A DNA stretch of 64,000 bases from Carcharhinus amblyrhynchos (lineage: Eukaryota). A model generated the notes under the pieces. The model was not told where the DNA came from and made no database searches. It was given only the letters and a program-made list of their open reading frames with translations. The position numbers were made by a program, and so were the translations under genes. Shown in pieces: positions 1 through 12,132 of this stretch; positions within the stretch are counted from its first letter, which is position 1, and the number at the start of each line of letters is the position of its first letter. The stretch covers positions 45,446,001 to 45,510,000 of the forward strand of contig OZ336881.1 of NCBI GenBank assembly GCA_965287045.1, in the 5' to 3' direction.

Positions 1-244
1 AAACCAATGTTCCAAGTTTAAATAGAACAAAGTAAAATTGCTACCTAAATTATTATTTTAGCATGCCAATTATTGCTTCACTTCTAATCCTTCAGAAAAA
101 CGAGCAGCTTTTCTTTTCTGGCTCTTTCTGCAAGTGTTCAGTCAGAAAGTGATGATGGGTAACTTCAACGGAATATTCCATTTCAATAATTACAGTAAAA
201 TATTTACTTCTACAAGTCTTTTGAACCCTGACAAAATTTTGCTG

Positions 245-800
245 CCTTATTCTTCCACCAGCTCCTCCCCCATTATCATTTAGAACATATACAGGATAAT
301 AATTATTTCTATGAATTCAATTTTTCCTACTCCCTGGTTGCAGCCTTCTGCTTCAAATCCATCTGTTGTTGTGGGAAGCTTGCTGGAGGGGAGGACTTTT
401 TGGGGAAATCGTGGTGGCTGCCTACTCTGGCTAAAGCTCCTAGTTTGGTTTCAAAATACTTCATTCCATTGCCAGCAAAATGCCAATACCATGGTCAAAT
501 CCCTTTATTGTGGCCTCTACCCATGCAAATTGAATGCCTGCCTCCTTGACTAAAATTCCTAAATGATGGGACATTGTCAGGGAGCATATTTGTCACAACA
601 CCATGGTGTCTGGGGGCACAGGAGGAGGAAGTCACAAGTGGGTGTAACATTTTGGGGAGTGGGAGAGGGGTGCTCCCAATGAACTGTCTTATTCTTTTCC
701 TCATTTATTATCATTTAGAACATATACAGGGTAATAATTATTTTAATTATATATATTTTTTCCTACATTCTGGTGGCAGCTTTCAAATCCTTATGTTCTT
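245..800 (+). repeat. Local diverged direct duplication of a ~120-bp unit (about 245-370 and 688-800)
   Basis: Both copies contain attatcatttagaacatatacagg-taataattatt...tttttcctac...ctggt-gcagc...ttcaaatcc. Confidence 0.75.
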
Positions 801-1627
801 CTCTTTCTTTCAGCCCGAGATTATGAAAGAGTGGACTGGCCTTCTGTGTTCCATTTTCCCTTGTTGTGTTTATTACTGTGACAGAGGTGGAAACAAACCA
901 CTAACTGGTCATTAATTAAGAGCTTCAATAGGCCCAAGGGTGGGTGAGCTGTCTGATGCTTTATGCACCCACCATAATACAGGGTTAGCTCAGTGGTGTG
1001 TGGGAAGGTGTGGGATAGCCACTTGTTCTGTTTTATGTGCCTTCCTGCCTGCTGAGACATTGGTGGAGGGGGCCATACAATTCCCCCCATAGTAACCTTG
1101 TGCAATAATGCTTCATTTCTTTAGTCATTTGTCAGTAATAGGGTACCAGATATTTTGGACAATAAAACTTAAATGTTCTACAGGCAATTCTTGTTCATTA
1201 TATTGAAGTTCACAGTCTTCACATTTTAATACTTTTGGGTGATTAGGCTTCAGTGATTCCTTTCTAGTTACCATAGTGCTATTTCAGCAATAGCTTTTTG
1301 TTTGTCTTATTTAAAATAAAGCAAACCAAAATTATAACAGTAAGGTTCAGGCAAATTATGTTTCTATTCTGGTATAATCGCTTTAGGCAATGCGTAGTAC
1401 TATTTGTTTTTTCACTTTTTTTATTGTTTAACAACTATTATCAGAAGGTTTTGATTTGAAATAAACTTCATCAAATATAATCTTTAAAACTCTCAAATGT
1501 ACGTTCAGAATGAATTTGGTTAAATGTCATATGCTGCTTTTATTCGTGGGAATTCTAATAAGGCATTGACAAATTTAATAAGTTGCACCGAAGGGTAGAT
1601 TATTCCTGTTGTTACAAAAGTAACATA

Positions 1628-1742
1628 CTATGCACAGACGCTTGAAATCTGAAATAAAAACAGAAAACATTGGAAATACTCAGGCAGTATTTATGGAGAG
1701 AGAAACAGAGTTAACAGTTCAGGCCTACGATCTTTCATCAGA
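1628..1742 (-). mobile_element. Penelope-like element terminal fragment with degenerate hammerhead motif
   Basis: gaaatctgaaataaaaacagaaaa...ggagagagaaacagagttaac is shared with 12022-12130. The minus strand reads CTGATGA...GAAC TGTT at 1710-1742. Confidence 0.55.
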
Positions 1743-4056
1743 CCCTCTAATGGTGTGATTGCCATATCGGCACTCGAGTATCAGGAGCCCATCCTCCACT
1801 TAATTGATCACACTCAAGATTCCATCACTAGCGATGCGATTGGTACTCTCAAACAAAAATTCAGCCCCATATAATTATATGAGGCTACTAGTATTTGCAT
1901 GACTGTGTTTGTTTCAAAGCATTGCCTGAAACTTTGTTTGAAGTCTGATGTAGGGTCACTTTCTGACTTTCTACTCTCACCAAGAGCACATGCTAAAAAT
2001 TCAGGTATAGATTGCAATTTTCTGACCTTATTGCACGTATGAATTACCAAAGCATGTTTAGTAAGGTGAGGTTCACCTGACATTTATCCCTTATTACCAG
2101 GAATTTTGACTTAGCATATTGCGTATTATTTAAAAGTTGGAAAACATTCTTCAAACTTCTTATCTTAGGTTCTAAAAAGACTACTGCTAAACTATTCAAA
2201 TTTAAGGATTATAACCATTCTAAAAAAACTGTGTATAATTAAGGCTTGGAGCCTCTACAAGGAAGATACTACGCCACCAAAATTTACTGTGGAAGCTTCA
2301 TTTGATGGGTGGAAACAGTTCATGTATTATCTCAGAGACCCACAAATGTCCAAATTTTCAAGTGGCCACAGAGGTAGAACCAAAAGCAGACAGGCCTTCA
2401 ATTTTCAACCATTGGCCCGTGTGCCCCTTTCCTGCCATTGTCCCATCTCAGAGCTATTTTTGCCAGGCAGAATTTGTGTGGAGAGGGGTCAATAGGCGTG
2501 AACACACAAGTAGGTCATTGGTCACTTAGTAGTCCAATTAAGGACACCCATCACACACTGATCTGAGGGGGGACGGTTGGATATAGCATTTAGCTAGGGA
2601 ATAATCCTCCTCCCCCCCCAACACTCACCATAGCCATCATAGTACAGCTGCAACCTTGGCTGTGCAGTAGATGGAAGTTCCTTTACTTTTTTGATGTCAA
2701 AAATTTATAAAATTTCTCCAGAAGGCATTTCATCTCTTCCCACCTTCATTCGTAGCACTCATTTCACACATCAGACATTGCATATGTGGAAGAATGAAGA
2801 CTGAACTTTTGTTGATAACTGATAGCTGACATTCCATGTGCTTTCTGTATATTACTTCAACTGGGACCAGTAAAAGTGTTGACAATCTTCCATTGAGCTG
2901 TATAACCACAGCTGCTTTACCTTGCCTTTAGCATTGGTTTATTTGCAATCGTTATAACTAAAAGTGTCATGATAATGCCTCACATTTGAGGATTAACAAG
3001 TTATGCCATGAACTGGTGAAATAACTCCAGTATGTTACGCCGTCAAATTCAGCTGCCCCATGATGAGACCACCTGAACAGTGTCTGAAACCTTTCCACAG
3101 AGAGCAAGAGAAAATTTCAGATTGCGTTATGCCATATCCATTTTTGATAGTTAGTTTCAGAGCAACATAACTATAAAATGCCCATCTTGATTTTTCAACC
3201 ATAATTGATATATAATATAGGAGAATATATAGTATAGGAAAAAAATGCTTCAAAAGAAAGGAAATCTTACCCTAAAAAGAGAAAAATCAAGAGATAACTT
3301 CACTTTCTGCATCTTGCTCCTAATTATTATAATCCCTCATGGATATTAAACCAGTGGTATTCATTTCTCTTCATTCCAGATTCTTTTGACATGTTGGAAT
3401 TAAGTCGAGCTTGCAATGTTCTAGAGAAATTATATTCAGAGCAAAGGGATGAAAATGTTCCCTGCTGCAGTTAATCAGTGTCACACTTGCATCGCATAAA
3501 GCCATGGAAGGATACACAATTGGGCTAGTTAGTTTTTCCCATTTAAAGAATTTTGTTGCCAGAAGTTTATGACAAGATATCCTGCCTTTACAGAATTCAA
3601 CTTGTTTTTAAACAGAATAGATCTCTAGAAAGGAACTGGGCTCAGAGGATTACATTGGGATCTACCTGGCATATTAATTGATAAGAAGAAAAGGTCATTC
3701 CCATCCACTCTATAATTCTTACAGACTACAATATCAGATGTATTGAAGTGATTGTGGTTGGGCAATATTACTGTCTGCTAGTACCTGAATCAAGCAGTTT
3801 TTCATAAAACCTAACTTTCAGTAGAGCTAAAAAAAAGTACCATCTTCTCTTTTAGTTTCACAGTTCATGAGTCCAGTTAGATGTTACCATGGAAGTGTTC
3901 ACTGATATTGAAACATCCAGAGACAGCTTGCCTCTCTTGACAATCATCAACTTTTGGGGCAAGACCCAGGATAGCCTTGATGCTCTCTTTTTCAAAGATA
4001 CTTGTCTGCTTTTCCTCCTCTTCCTGTCCATTTCCCCTTATTGTGCAGTGGTTGAA

Positions 4057-4430
4057 AAGATCAGAAGCAGACCATACAGCCTCTCAAGCCTTTTTTGCCA
4101 TTCAACATGATCACAATTGAACATCCAAACCAATTAGTCACTAAAGTATTTCCCCTATTTTCTGTCTGTTAACCAATCTTCAATCCAGGCAAATATGTCA
4201 TTTCAATCTCATAAGCCCCAATCTTCTACAACAACCTTATCAAATGTCTTCGAGTAATCAAGATAGAAAACATCCACTGGTTCTCCATTATCTACTTTAT
4301 CAATTATGCCTTCAAAAAGCTCTAATAGATTTATCAAATTTTATTTGCCTTCCATAATCCATGTTGACCCTGCATAATCATATTGCAATTTTCCAGGTGC
4401 CTTATTCCCATGTCCTCAATAGATCCTAGA
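4057..4430 (-). mobile_element. Degenerate, internally deleted CR1 LINE fragment
   Basis: Minus strand encodes decayed RT motifs (QHG, FDKV, AWIEDWLTDRK). A CR1-type 3' tail lies at about 4057-4115. Confidence 0.65.
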
Positions 4431-4449
4431 TTCTGATGTTAAAGTTGTC

Positions 4450-4856
4450 CCCGAGATCTTGGCATACAAGGACACAAGGCAGTAATTCATGTATTTAAGG
4501 TTGTAAAGAAGACATATGGAGTGTTCTCCTTCATTGGCAGAACTATGGAATTTCAAAGTGAGGATTTAATGTTGGAATTGTATAAAATACAGGTGAAGCC
4601 ACAACTGGAATATTATGTGCAGTTCTGGTCACCACGTTACAGGAAGGACGTAATTGCTCTGGAGAGAGTACAAAGGCAGTTTATAGGAATGTTACCAGGG
4701 CTAGAACACTGTAGATTTGAGGAGAGATTGGATAGGTTGGGGTTATTTTCCTTGGAACAAAGAGGGATGAAGGGTGACTTGATAGAGGTGTACAACATTA
4801 TGAGGGGAAGAAATAGAGCGGTCAGGATAACTTTGTTTCCCTTGGTGGAGAATTTT
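4450..4856 (+). mobile_element. CR1 LINE ORF2 C-terminal fragment
   Basis: ORF 4521-4877 contains PQLEYYVQFWSPRYRKDVIALERVQR...EERLDRLGLFSLEQR. Confidence 0.9.
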
Positions 4857-5751
4857 AGACTTGTAGCAAAATTGTAAAATGCCGTGTCAGGTTGGTCGTC
4901 TGACATGCCTCCACCTTTGAGTATTCTTGTTGAGTTGGGGGAATAGGTGGTTAAGGCTACCCATTAGTGGAAGGAGCAGGTAGCTAATTAAGGTTAGTAA
5001 CAGGCCAAATGGGGGAAAGGTGATGACAATGTCAGGATCTTCTCAATGGTGGACTGGTCTTCTACTGAGGCTGAAACCCGGCATTTATCCAGAAGTAGCT
5101 TTCCAAAGGCAGCCCAGTGGCCATCAACACCTTCTCTCATATTCCCAGCCCGACCTGCTGGGATATGGTAGCTATAGCTGCACTTGCAAGTCATCCTGTG
5201 AATGGGTTTCCTCTGCATAATGATAACCTAACAGCTGTCACTGTGCATGTGTTTTTCTTTTCATTTTTCCAATACAGCAGAGATCATCTCTGTTTTAATG
5301 TACCCTTAGGGTCTCCTGTCAGCCTTGTCAGTGGCTATTCTCCTGGCGGGCTGTTAACTGGACATCACTGCTGTCCTCCTACTGGACTTCCTACTTCCCT
5401 AGTTTGCTTGCCATGTGTAATTAATATTTGGTAGTTTCTAGTAAGATTGTAATCAATGTTCTGCCACAACAAATCCAAACAGGCTGTCATCAGGATCAGG
5501 ACCAACTAATAAATTCAGCCCAAAAGATGTTTGGACGGAACAAAAGTGACATAAAGACATAGGGAGGGACTTTCCAGCCACACTAGCTCCAAAACTGGAA
5601 AATTCTGCACCAGGTCAATGGACCTTGCTCTGATCTGGCCCCCGCTGACTACGATTCTGGAGGTGGATTGGACAGGAAAATTCCCCTGTCCAATCCGAGC
5701 TTGTAAATATTTCAAGAATAAAAAGTGAGATTTCGGTCATACTGCTACTAC

Positions 5752-6402
5752 TGGGACAATTCTCCCAAAAAGTTTCCAAGTGCTGAATTTGTGGGAAAAT
5801 TGGTGTAAATCACAATTTTTCAGTGGGAGTTCACGCTAGAATCCCCCACAATTTGTGTAATGCAGAGGTCACAATCATGAATCTTATTAAAAGCTCAGGG
5901 GGGAGTGTTGGGCAGCAGGGCCTATTCATGCCAGAGGCTGATAGTTGCAGTGCCAAGGTGCCTGCAGGCATGGGTATTTTGCACCTTGGGCAGTGCCAAG
6001 GACACAGGCTGGCACTGTGGGGGTCACCACCCCCTGCTGCTCGACCCCCTGAGGAGCCCTTCACCCCAGTGGGGTCAGGCCGCCAGTTCCCCGAAAGCGG
6101 GGAGCTAGACTGAACTCCACCAGAGTGAAATTGTACTGATGGCACAGGAGATGCTAGTTGGCTTGGAGACTTTAGTCCCTGGCCTGCTAATAGCATTTAA
6201 ATAAGATTAAAAATAGATTTAAATGACTTACCTGCTGTTCCAGGCAGTTTCCAGCGTGGTACCAACTACGCTGGATATCCAGCGCTGGGAGATGCACGCG
6301 CATCAGGAATACATGCACGAATCCCATGAATCAACCGAAACACGATTCTCCCAGCCTGTCGTGCTAAAAAATTACTGCATTGGGATGTGAAAATTGCCTC
6401 CT
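5752..6402. mobile_element. Non-autonomous DNA transposon (MITE-like, Harbinger-related)
   Basis: Left end gggacaattctcccaaaaag...gaatttgtg is the reverse complement of the end at about 7520-7585. GC-rich interior with ggcagtgcc motifs. Confidence 0.55.
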
Positions 6403-6479
6403 ATATTTCCATTGCTTCATGGTGGCAGGTAGAAAATTAATGCCTGTCATTATAATAAATATAACATAGTCCTTTTTAG

Positions 6480-7585
6480 ACCATGGCCATAATTCTTCCA
6501 GGAGATGGTTGCATCGGCGGTTGGGGTGGTTCGCCCCGTTTGCATTCCAGCGCTGGATTTCTGGCAGCGTCTGCTCCCCACTGGAAATCAGCAGGGTGGC
6601 ACAAAGACCCTTAACAAGGTCCTTTTACTCTCATTTAAATGCCCGGGACTGAAGTGTCCAGGCCTGCAAGCATCTCCCCCTTCCCCTCCACCAAAAGTGG
6701 CTCACTCCAGCAGGGATGACTATAGTTTCTCACTTTTGGGGAGCTAGTTCCCCGAAGTGGGCCAATCGGGGCTTCCCAGCGGGTCGGGCACAGGGGGTGC
6801 CCCATGAATATTAACACCTTGGCACTGCCAGCATGTGCCCCCAGCACTGTCAAGGGGCAAAGTGCCAGTGCCCAGGGGGCACCTTAGCATCGTGTAGCAG
6901 GCATGGAGTAGAGCCAAGGCACTGGGGCATATTGTGGGCCTAATGGGACAGGGCCTAATGGTTGAACGATGGGCATGGGGGTTCACACTGCCATTCAGCA
7001 GAGAGATCAGTGGGGGAAGGAGGGATGTCAGCGATTGGGGCTGGCTGGGGGTGGGGGGGGAAACAGTCAGCCTTCTGGAGAGGTGGGCATTGTGGGGGGA
7101 GGGGGTCATGAGTGCTGGGGGGGTAATTGTTGGGGGGGTGAAATCGGTGTGGAAGGGGCTGAGGACTGGAGATTGGGACAGGCTGGGTGTTGGGGGGATG
7201 TTGGGGCTAGGCCTAGGAATGGTCAGGGAGTCAGCGATTGGGCTGAGGGGGGCAGAGAACCAGCATTGCGAGGTCGTTGGGCTTGGCAGCAACATAGCTG
7301 GCCCGTAATTGGGAGGCCATCAGTGTGGCGTCACTGCACATGTATTGATCTCAGCACTGACAGATCGGCTCATGTGCAGTGGCTCGCTCTGTGCACTGAT
7401 TTTAGCCTTGCCAGTGGGAATAAGCTCCACCCGCTGAAAGTTAATAATATTCACGCTGGTGGCCTCTGCAGTGCACAGAGCGTGGGAGATTCTTTTCTGA
7501 ACACCCAGTGAAAAAAGCAGTGTGAATTACTCCAGCTTTCACACAAATTCATCACTTAGAATATTTTGGGGAGAATTGTGCCCCA
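6480..7585 (+). mobile_element. MITE-like element with G-rich variable core (family A)
   Basis: The right ~250 bp is shared with 46720-46898 and 50310-50452, and in reverse with 39685-39900. Confidence 0.65.
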
Positions 7586-9949
7586 TATATTCATGTGGAT
7601 GACAAAAAAAAATTCAGGTTTTTGTTGTTTTCATTTTTCCCTCTGAAACTTTTCTCAATCACACTGCATTCCAAAATCTAACTGATGCTTTAAATTCCAA
7701 AAAAAGACATGTTTTTTTTATTGGGATCCACATCATTCTGTGTTAGAATAGTGTGGAGCAGAATTTGGTCATCATTGCACCTCTTTACCAGATGGAAATG
7801 AAGGTAAAATTATCAATTATGCAAGGTTTTATCTATACAGCTTTCAGTGCTGCAGTGACCTTGAATAATTTTCAGGCGTATCAGGAAGCTGCCTAAAACA
7901 GGTGTTAGGCCCCTTTTTACATGCTAATAAGGGTTTTAAAACATGTTTCGGAATCCTCGGCAAAATTGGATTAACATAAGCAGAGTTACTCATTCAGCTT
8001 TTGCTTGCATGGATGCTTCCAAAAATGAAATACATATTTTAAAAATGATTGTGGAGCCAAAAGGAGCAGGGGTGCTTCTCCCAACTCCATGTTGCCCCTG
8101 GCAGCCACTGCTGGCTGTGGTTGGCCCTTCTCCCACTCTCCTCCCACCACTCTTGGGACATTGCTGACAAAGCTGCCCAAAACCCAACAACCCTGAAAGG
8201 TCAAATAATAGAATATTAAGGTGAGCTAGTCGTTATTACTCTCTGGTCAAAATGAAACAAATCTGTCCCCATTATTTTTGTTGCTACTTATTTTAAACGT
8301 GCACTAAATTCAAATTTTGCAGTAAAATTAAGACAATATAATTAAAGAAATGAATGATTGCCATTTAATAACACATTTTAGAAATTTAATTTTCTAATAG
8401 AAGTGCATGTTTCAAAGAGCTTCACATCCAGTAAAATATTTTTGAAGCACAGTTACTTTTGTAACATAGAAAATTGTATTTTTAGGACCTAATATCTGAT
8501 CTCTTATGGAGTGAAGATTATGATAGTTGTGCTGGGATTTGGTCTACTTCTTCCTGTAATCTTACTTAAGTTTATTTCTGCAGTGTGGCAGCTTTGGGGA
8601 CAATGATCACTCCGGCAATGCACCATTGCAGTGCGCTCCAAATGTTGTAGGTTGATATTCGCAGCACTGTCAAGCTTAAACAAAATCAATTGTGGCTCTT
8701 ATGAATTATGTCATCCAGTATCATGTATTTGTCACAATTCTCTTGCTCCTTGCCATTCATCTTCCATATGTTCAGCTTGTCAACTCAGTTCCAGATTCCC
8801 AATGACCAGTTTGCATGCTGATGTTTATGCTGTATAAAACAGAAAATGTCAATTTTGAAAAGTTTTTTTGTTTGGTATTTGTTCCTGCTACCCTGGTGAT
8901 ATGCATGATTGCATAAACATTTTTCAATTTTTTATTGTAAGTAAATTAGTCATGTAAAGCGCAAATTTATGAGTAGTTCTCAACTTTAATGAACTTCCGT
9001 TCAAATGTGCTTTTCTTGGATCACAAATTTACTTTTTACCAAATGAATTACAACATTTTAAAAATTGCATGTTTTACACTATCTAAAAACAGTAATTAAT
9101 TGTGTTGTTGAGGGCAATAGCACTGATTTGCCAACATTATACTTGCTGCTGTTTAGAAAAGATGCACAATACTATCAACGTCAACAGGTGGGACATTTTA
9201 ATTAGATTCCAGGAAATAATTTTATGCACAATTAGGCAAGACTTTTCTTCTGTGTTGTTAACAGTATACATTAAGTAAATAAAACAAGTAGGAAAACTTG
9301 CTAAACTTTGTTATTTCCCATCTCCTGCATTATGTTGTTACTGGAATTGTACAGAAGTTTGCAGTCATGTTGATATCAGATTTGCTGGGACACTTATTCT
9401 CTCTGCATCATATTGTTTCACCATGATTTCAAAAAGTCTACAATTCTAAGTCATGATAAATGGAGTGGAAGTGAGCTGGTAGCAAAAAGTAATCTTTGGG
9501 TGCGAAAATTTGATAAAGTCGGTTGTGAGGCGAGGCGCGCGATCTGTGCCTGCCACTGCGCCGGTTCCCCCTTTATGACAGCCCGAAAATGGCCACGATT
9601 GGAACTGCACCCGAAACTGGTGCGACTGCCATTTAAATGCATTTGCATGCATTTAAATTGACTTAATGGACTGCATGCTCAACCTTACTGGCAATTCCAC
9701 CTTTACCATGATGTTTGCCCACCTAGAATCCGTGTGAAATAGACATGCTCCACAAAGTCCAATTCAGGTTCTCCAATTAGTGAGGAGGTAGGTGCCTAGT
9801 GACCGCCAGCTCTCTGCTTGTGACCTTGGGGCAGAGGGGGGGTACTGTGACTCTGCCTGAGATCAGTGGAGGGAAAGGGGTATCCGCTGCCACTCTGTTT
9901 GAGATCAGGTAGGGGGAAGGAGGAGTCCTCTGCTGCTCTGTCTGAAGTG

Positions 9950-10085
9950 GGAATACCGGCGTTGGACTGGCGTAAACACAGTAAAAAGTCTGACAACACC
10001 AGGTTTTAGTCCAACCGATTTATTTGATAATACTCACAAGCTTTCGAGGGGACTGCCTCTTCGTCAGGTGAATGGAGAGTTCTGG
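9950..10085 (-). mobile_element. Penelope-like pseudo-LTR fragment
   Basis: gttggactgg...acaacaccagg...tttatttg...tcacaagctttcg...tcaggtga. A related truncated copy is at 30622-30712. It contains a hammerhead core typical of Penelope termini. Confidence 0.7.
10032..10073 (-). ncRNA. Minimal type-I hammerhead ribozyme motif
   Basis: Minus strand: AUUCAC-CUGACGA-A-GAGG(CAGUCC)CCUC-GAAA-GC-UU-GUGAGU. The core boxes, helix I and helix II are intact, and helix III is the palindrome AGCU. Confidence 0.75.
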
Positions 10086-11518
10086 CCTCAGACAGAGCAT
10101 ATAAAGCACAGACTTTTTGCTCTGTCTGAAATCAGTGGCGTGGAAAAGGTGTCTGCTGCCACTCTGCCTGAGATCGGTGGGGGGAAGGAGGAGGGGCCCA
10201 TGATCAGTCTGGGTGGCGAGGGGGTGGGGGGATAAGGAGTTTGGTAATGTTGGGTGATGGAGCAGTGTCTGTGGGGGCCAGTGAGAGGCTCCACCGAGTC
10301 TGGGAGCAATGTGGCAGGGAAGCCGCATTCTATTTTTTTTTCTGCGCATGCGCAGTTAGAGGCACCAATCAAAGCTGCAGGGTTTTGGGCACGTTAAGCC
10401 CCACTCACGGGCTTGTGCAGCACAATTCGGAATCGCTGATATTTTTGCAGGCAGAGAACAGGTCTAAAAGTTGGATCTGAAACACTCCCAGTTTCAAGTT
10501 CGCCCAGCACTTAGAATCAAAAGGGTAAAATTAGGCCCTGTGTTTTATGTTTTGCAAGCATAGACTGGTTTGCTGTTGCACACAATGGCTGGGAAAAGCT
10601 GTTTTATACAATCTATAAATCATTAGGTGTTCTGGCCTACATTACACTGGTACTTTTCACCTACAGATGAGCGCAAGTTGAAAAGCTTCAACATACCTCT
10701 TTTTTCAGCCGTAACTAGATACCGCAGGATTTTTAAAAATTGTGCTATTGGATCTCCCATGATGCAGGTCACCATAAATCAAAGGATATGTTATATCTGA
10801 ATAGCAGAATTAAAGCATGTAAAACTGCAGTATGATTCTTTTCTCTGCAGTTCTGTTAATTTGATACGTCTCATTCAGTTTGCATTGTACATTTGTTGTG
10901 CCTTCCTGAGGCATTTGAAGGTTAATTGTTCTTGGCAGATCCCCAGGTCACTGGGAGGTATCTGATTTTTTTGTTTATTTTTATTTCAGTTGTGCATTTC
11001 AAAGATAATTAGAAATTATTTTCGAGACCTTTAAAATGATTGGCTTCTTCTGTATCTTAAAATTGTGTTCCTTGAGAAGGATAGATTGATGGGAGCTTTT
11101 ACATAAAACATGAAAGTAAATTGATTATTTCAATAGAAAATGTTAGTTCGAAAAATATCCCATCCAACTGATCCCATTTCCTGAGGAAATGTGCTGCAAA
11201 TTCTCTCCAACTAAGTTCAAACTAAGCAAACCTCCAGGGTATTTCTGTAACTTTACATTTTATGTTGTTATTCCCTATCTGTTATTTTCCTGAACACAAG
11301 ATTCCTATGTGCTTATAAAATTTTATACTGAATGCAGCATTCAGACATATATAACAGTACTTTCTTTTACTTTAATCTTATTTCTAGCCAGATATTCTCC
11401 CAGTTCTTTGTTAAATGTATTAATCATCACTGCTTTAAGTGAAGATCTATTCTTTATATCCAATGAATTCTTTCTAATCTTTCATCATTCTTAACCTGTT
11501 CACACTACAAATTTTCAA

Positions 11519-11793
11519 AAATCATAGAATGCCTACAGTGCAGAAGGAGGTCATTCGGCCCATCGACAGCAATCCCACCCAGGCCGTATCCCTTTACCCA
11601 ACTCATTTACCCTGTTAATCCCCTTGACACTAAGGGGCAATTTAGCATAGCCAATCAACCTAACCTACACATTGTTGGAGTGTAGGTGGAAACCAGAGCA
11701 CCTGGAGGAAACCTATGCAGGTATGAGGCAAATGTGCAAACTCAACACAAGAGGATGGAATTGAACCTGGGTCCCATGTGCCACCATGCCACC
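11519..11793 (-). mobile_element. HE1-type V-SINE
   Basis: Reverse complement shows a tRNA-like head, the V core (ggtttcctccaggtgctctggtttcc) and a CR1-like tail ending in ttctatgat. Confidence 0.85.
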
Positions 11794-11848
11794 TATGATT
11801 CTACTTATTTAAATTATCCTTTCATATTAGCATTTAAAAATGTGTCTC

Positions 11849-12015
11849 TGGGGAGATGGTAGCATATTGGTAATGTGACTGGATGTTTAATTCAGAGGTC
11901 TTGGGTGCAAATCCCACCACAGAAGCGGGTGTAATTTAACTTCAATTGATGAATCTGGAATTGAAATCCAGTCACAGTAATAGTAACCTTGAAACTATTG
12001 TTGATTGTTGTTAAA
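11849..12015 (+). mobile_element. 5' fragment of a second tRNA-derived SINE family
   Basis: Homologous to the 5' part of 37329-37713, with B-box-like gggtgcaaatccc. Confidence 0.65.
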
Positions 12016-12021
12016 AAAAAA

Positions 12022-12130
12022 CATAAAAGTAAAACACTGCAGATGTTGGAAATCTGAAATTAAAAACAGAAAATGCTGCAAAAAAATTAGCAGGTCTGGT
12101 AGCATCTGTGGAGAGAGAAATAAAGTTAAA
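12022..12130 (-). mobile_element. Penelope-like terminal fragment
   Basis: actgcagatgttggaaatctgaaattaaaaacagaaaatgctg...agcaggtctggtagcatctgtggagagagaaa, homologous to 1628-1742. Confidence 0.55.
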
Positions 12131-12132
12131 GT

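Larger units (their letters stand above)
9480..10538 (+). mobile_element. MITE-like element (family B) carrying a nested Penelope fragment
   Basis: Both arms are homologous to 16075-17058. It ends in cagcacttagaatcaaaagggtaaaattaggccc. Confidence 0.7.

Noticed and set aside
5225-5280. Strong acceptor-like signal (cctaac, tgcatg, pyrimidine tract, CAGCAG)
   Set aside because: No convincing downstream donor or neurexin-like reading frame. Such pseudo-acceptors are common in long introns.
6744-7511. Overlapping 120-183-aa Pro/Gly-rich ORFs (similar ones at 12385-12963, 16443-16882, 54470-54854)
   Set aside because: They come from stop-poor GC-rich MITE cores, are open in several frames and show no recognisable domain.
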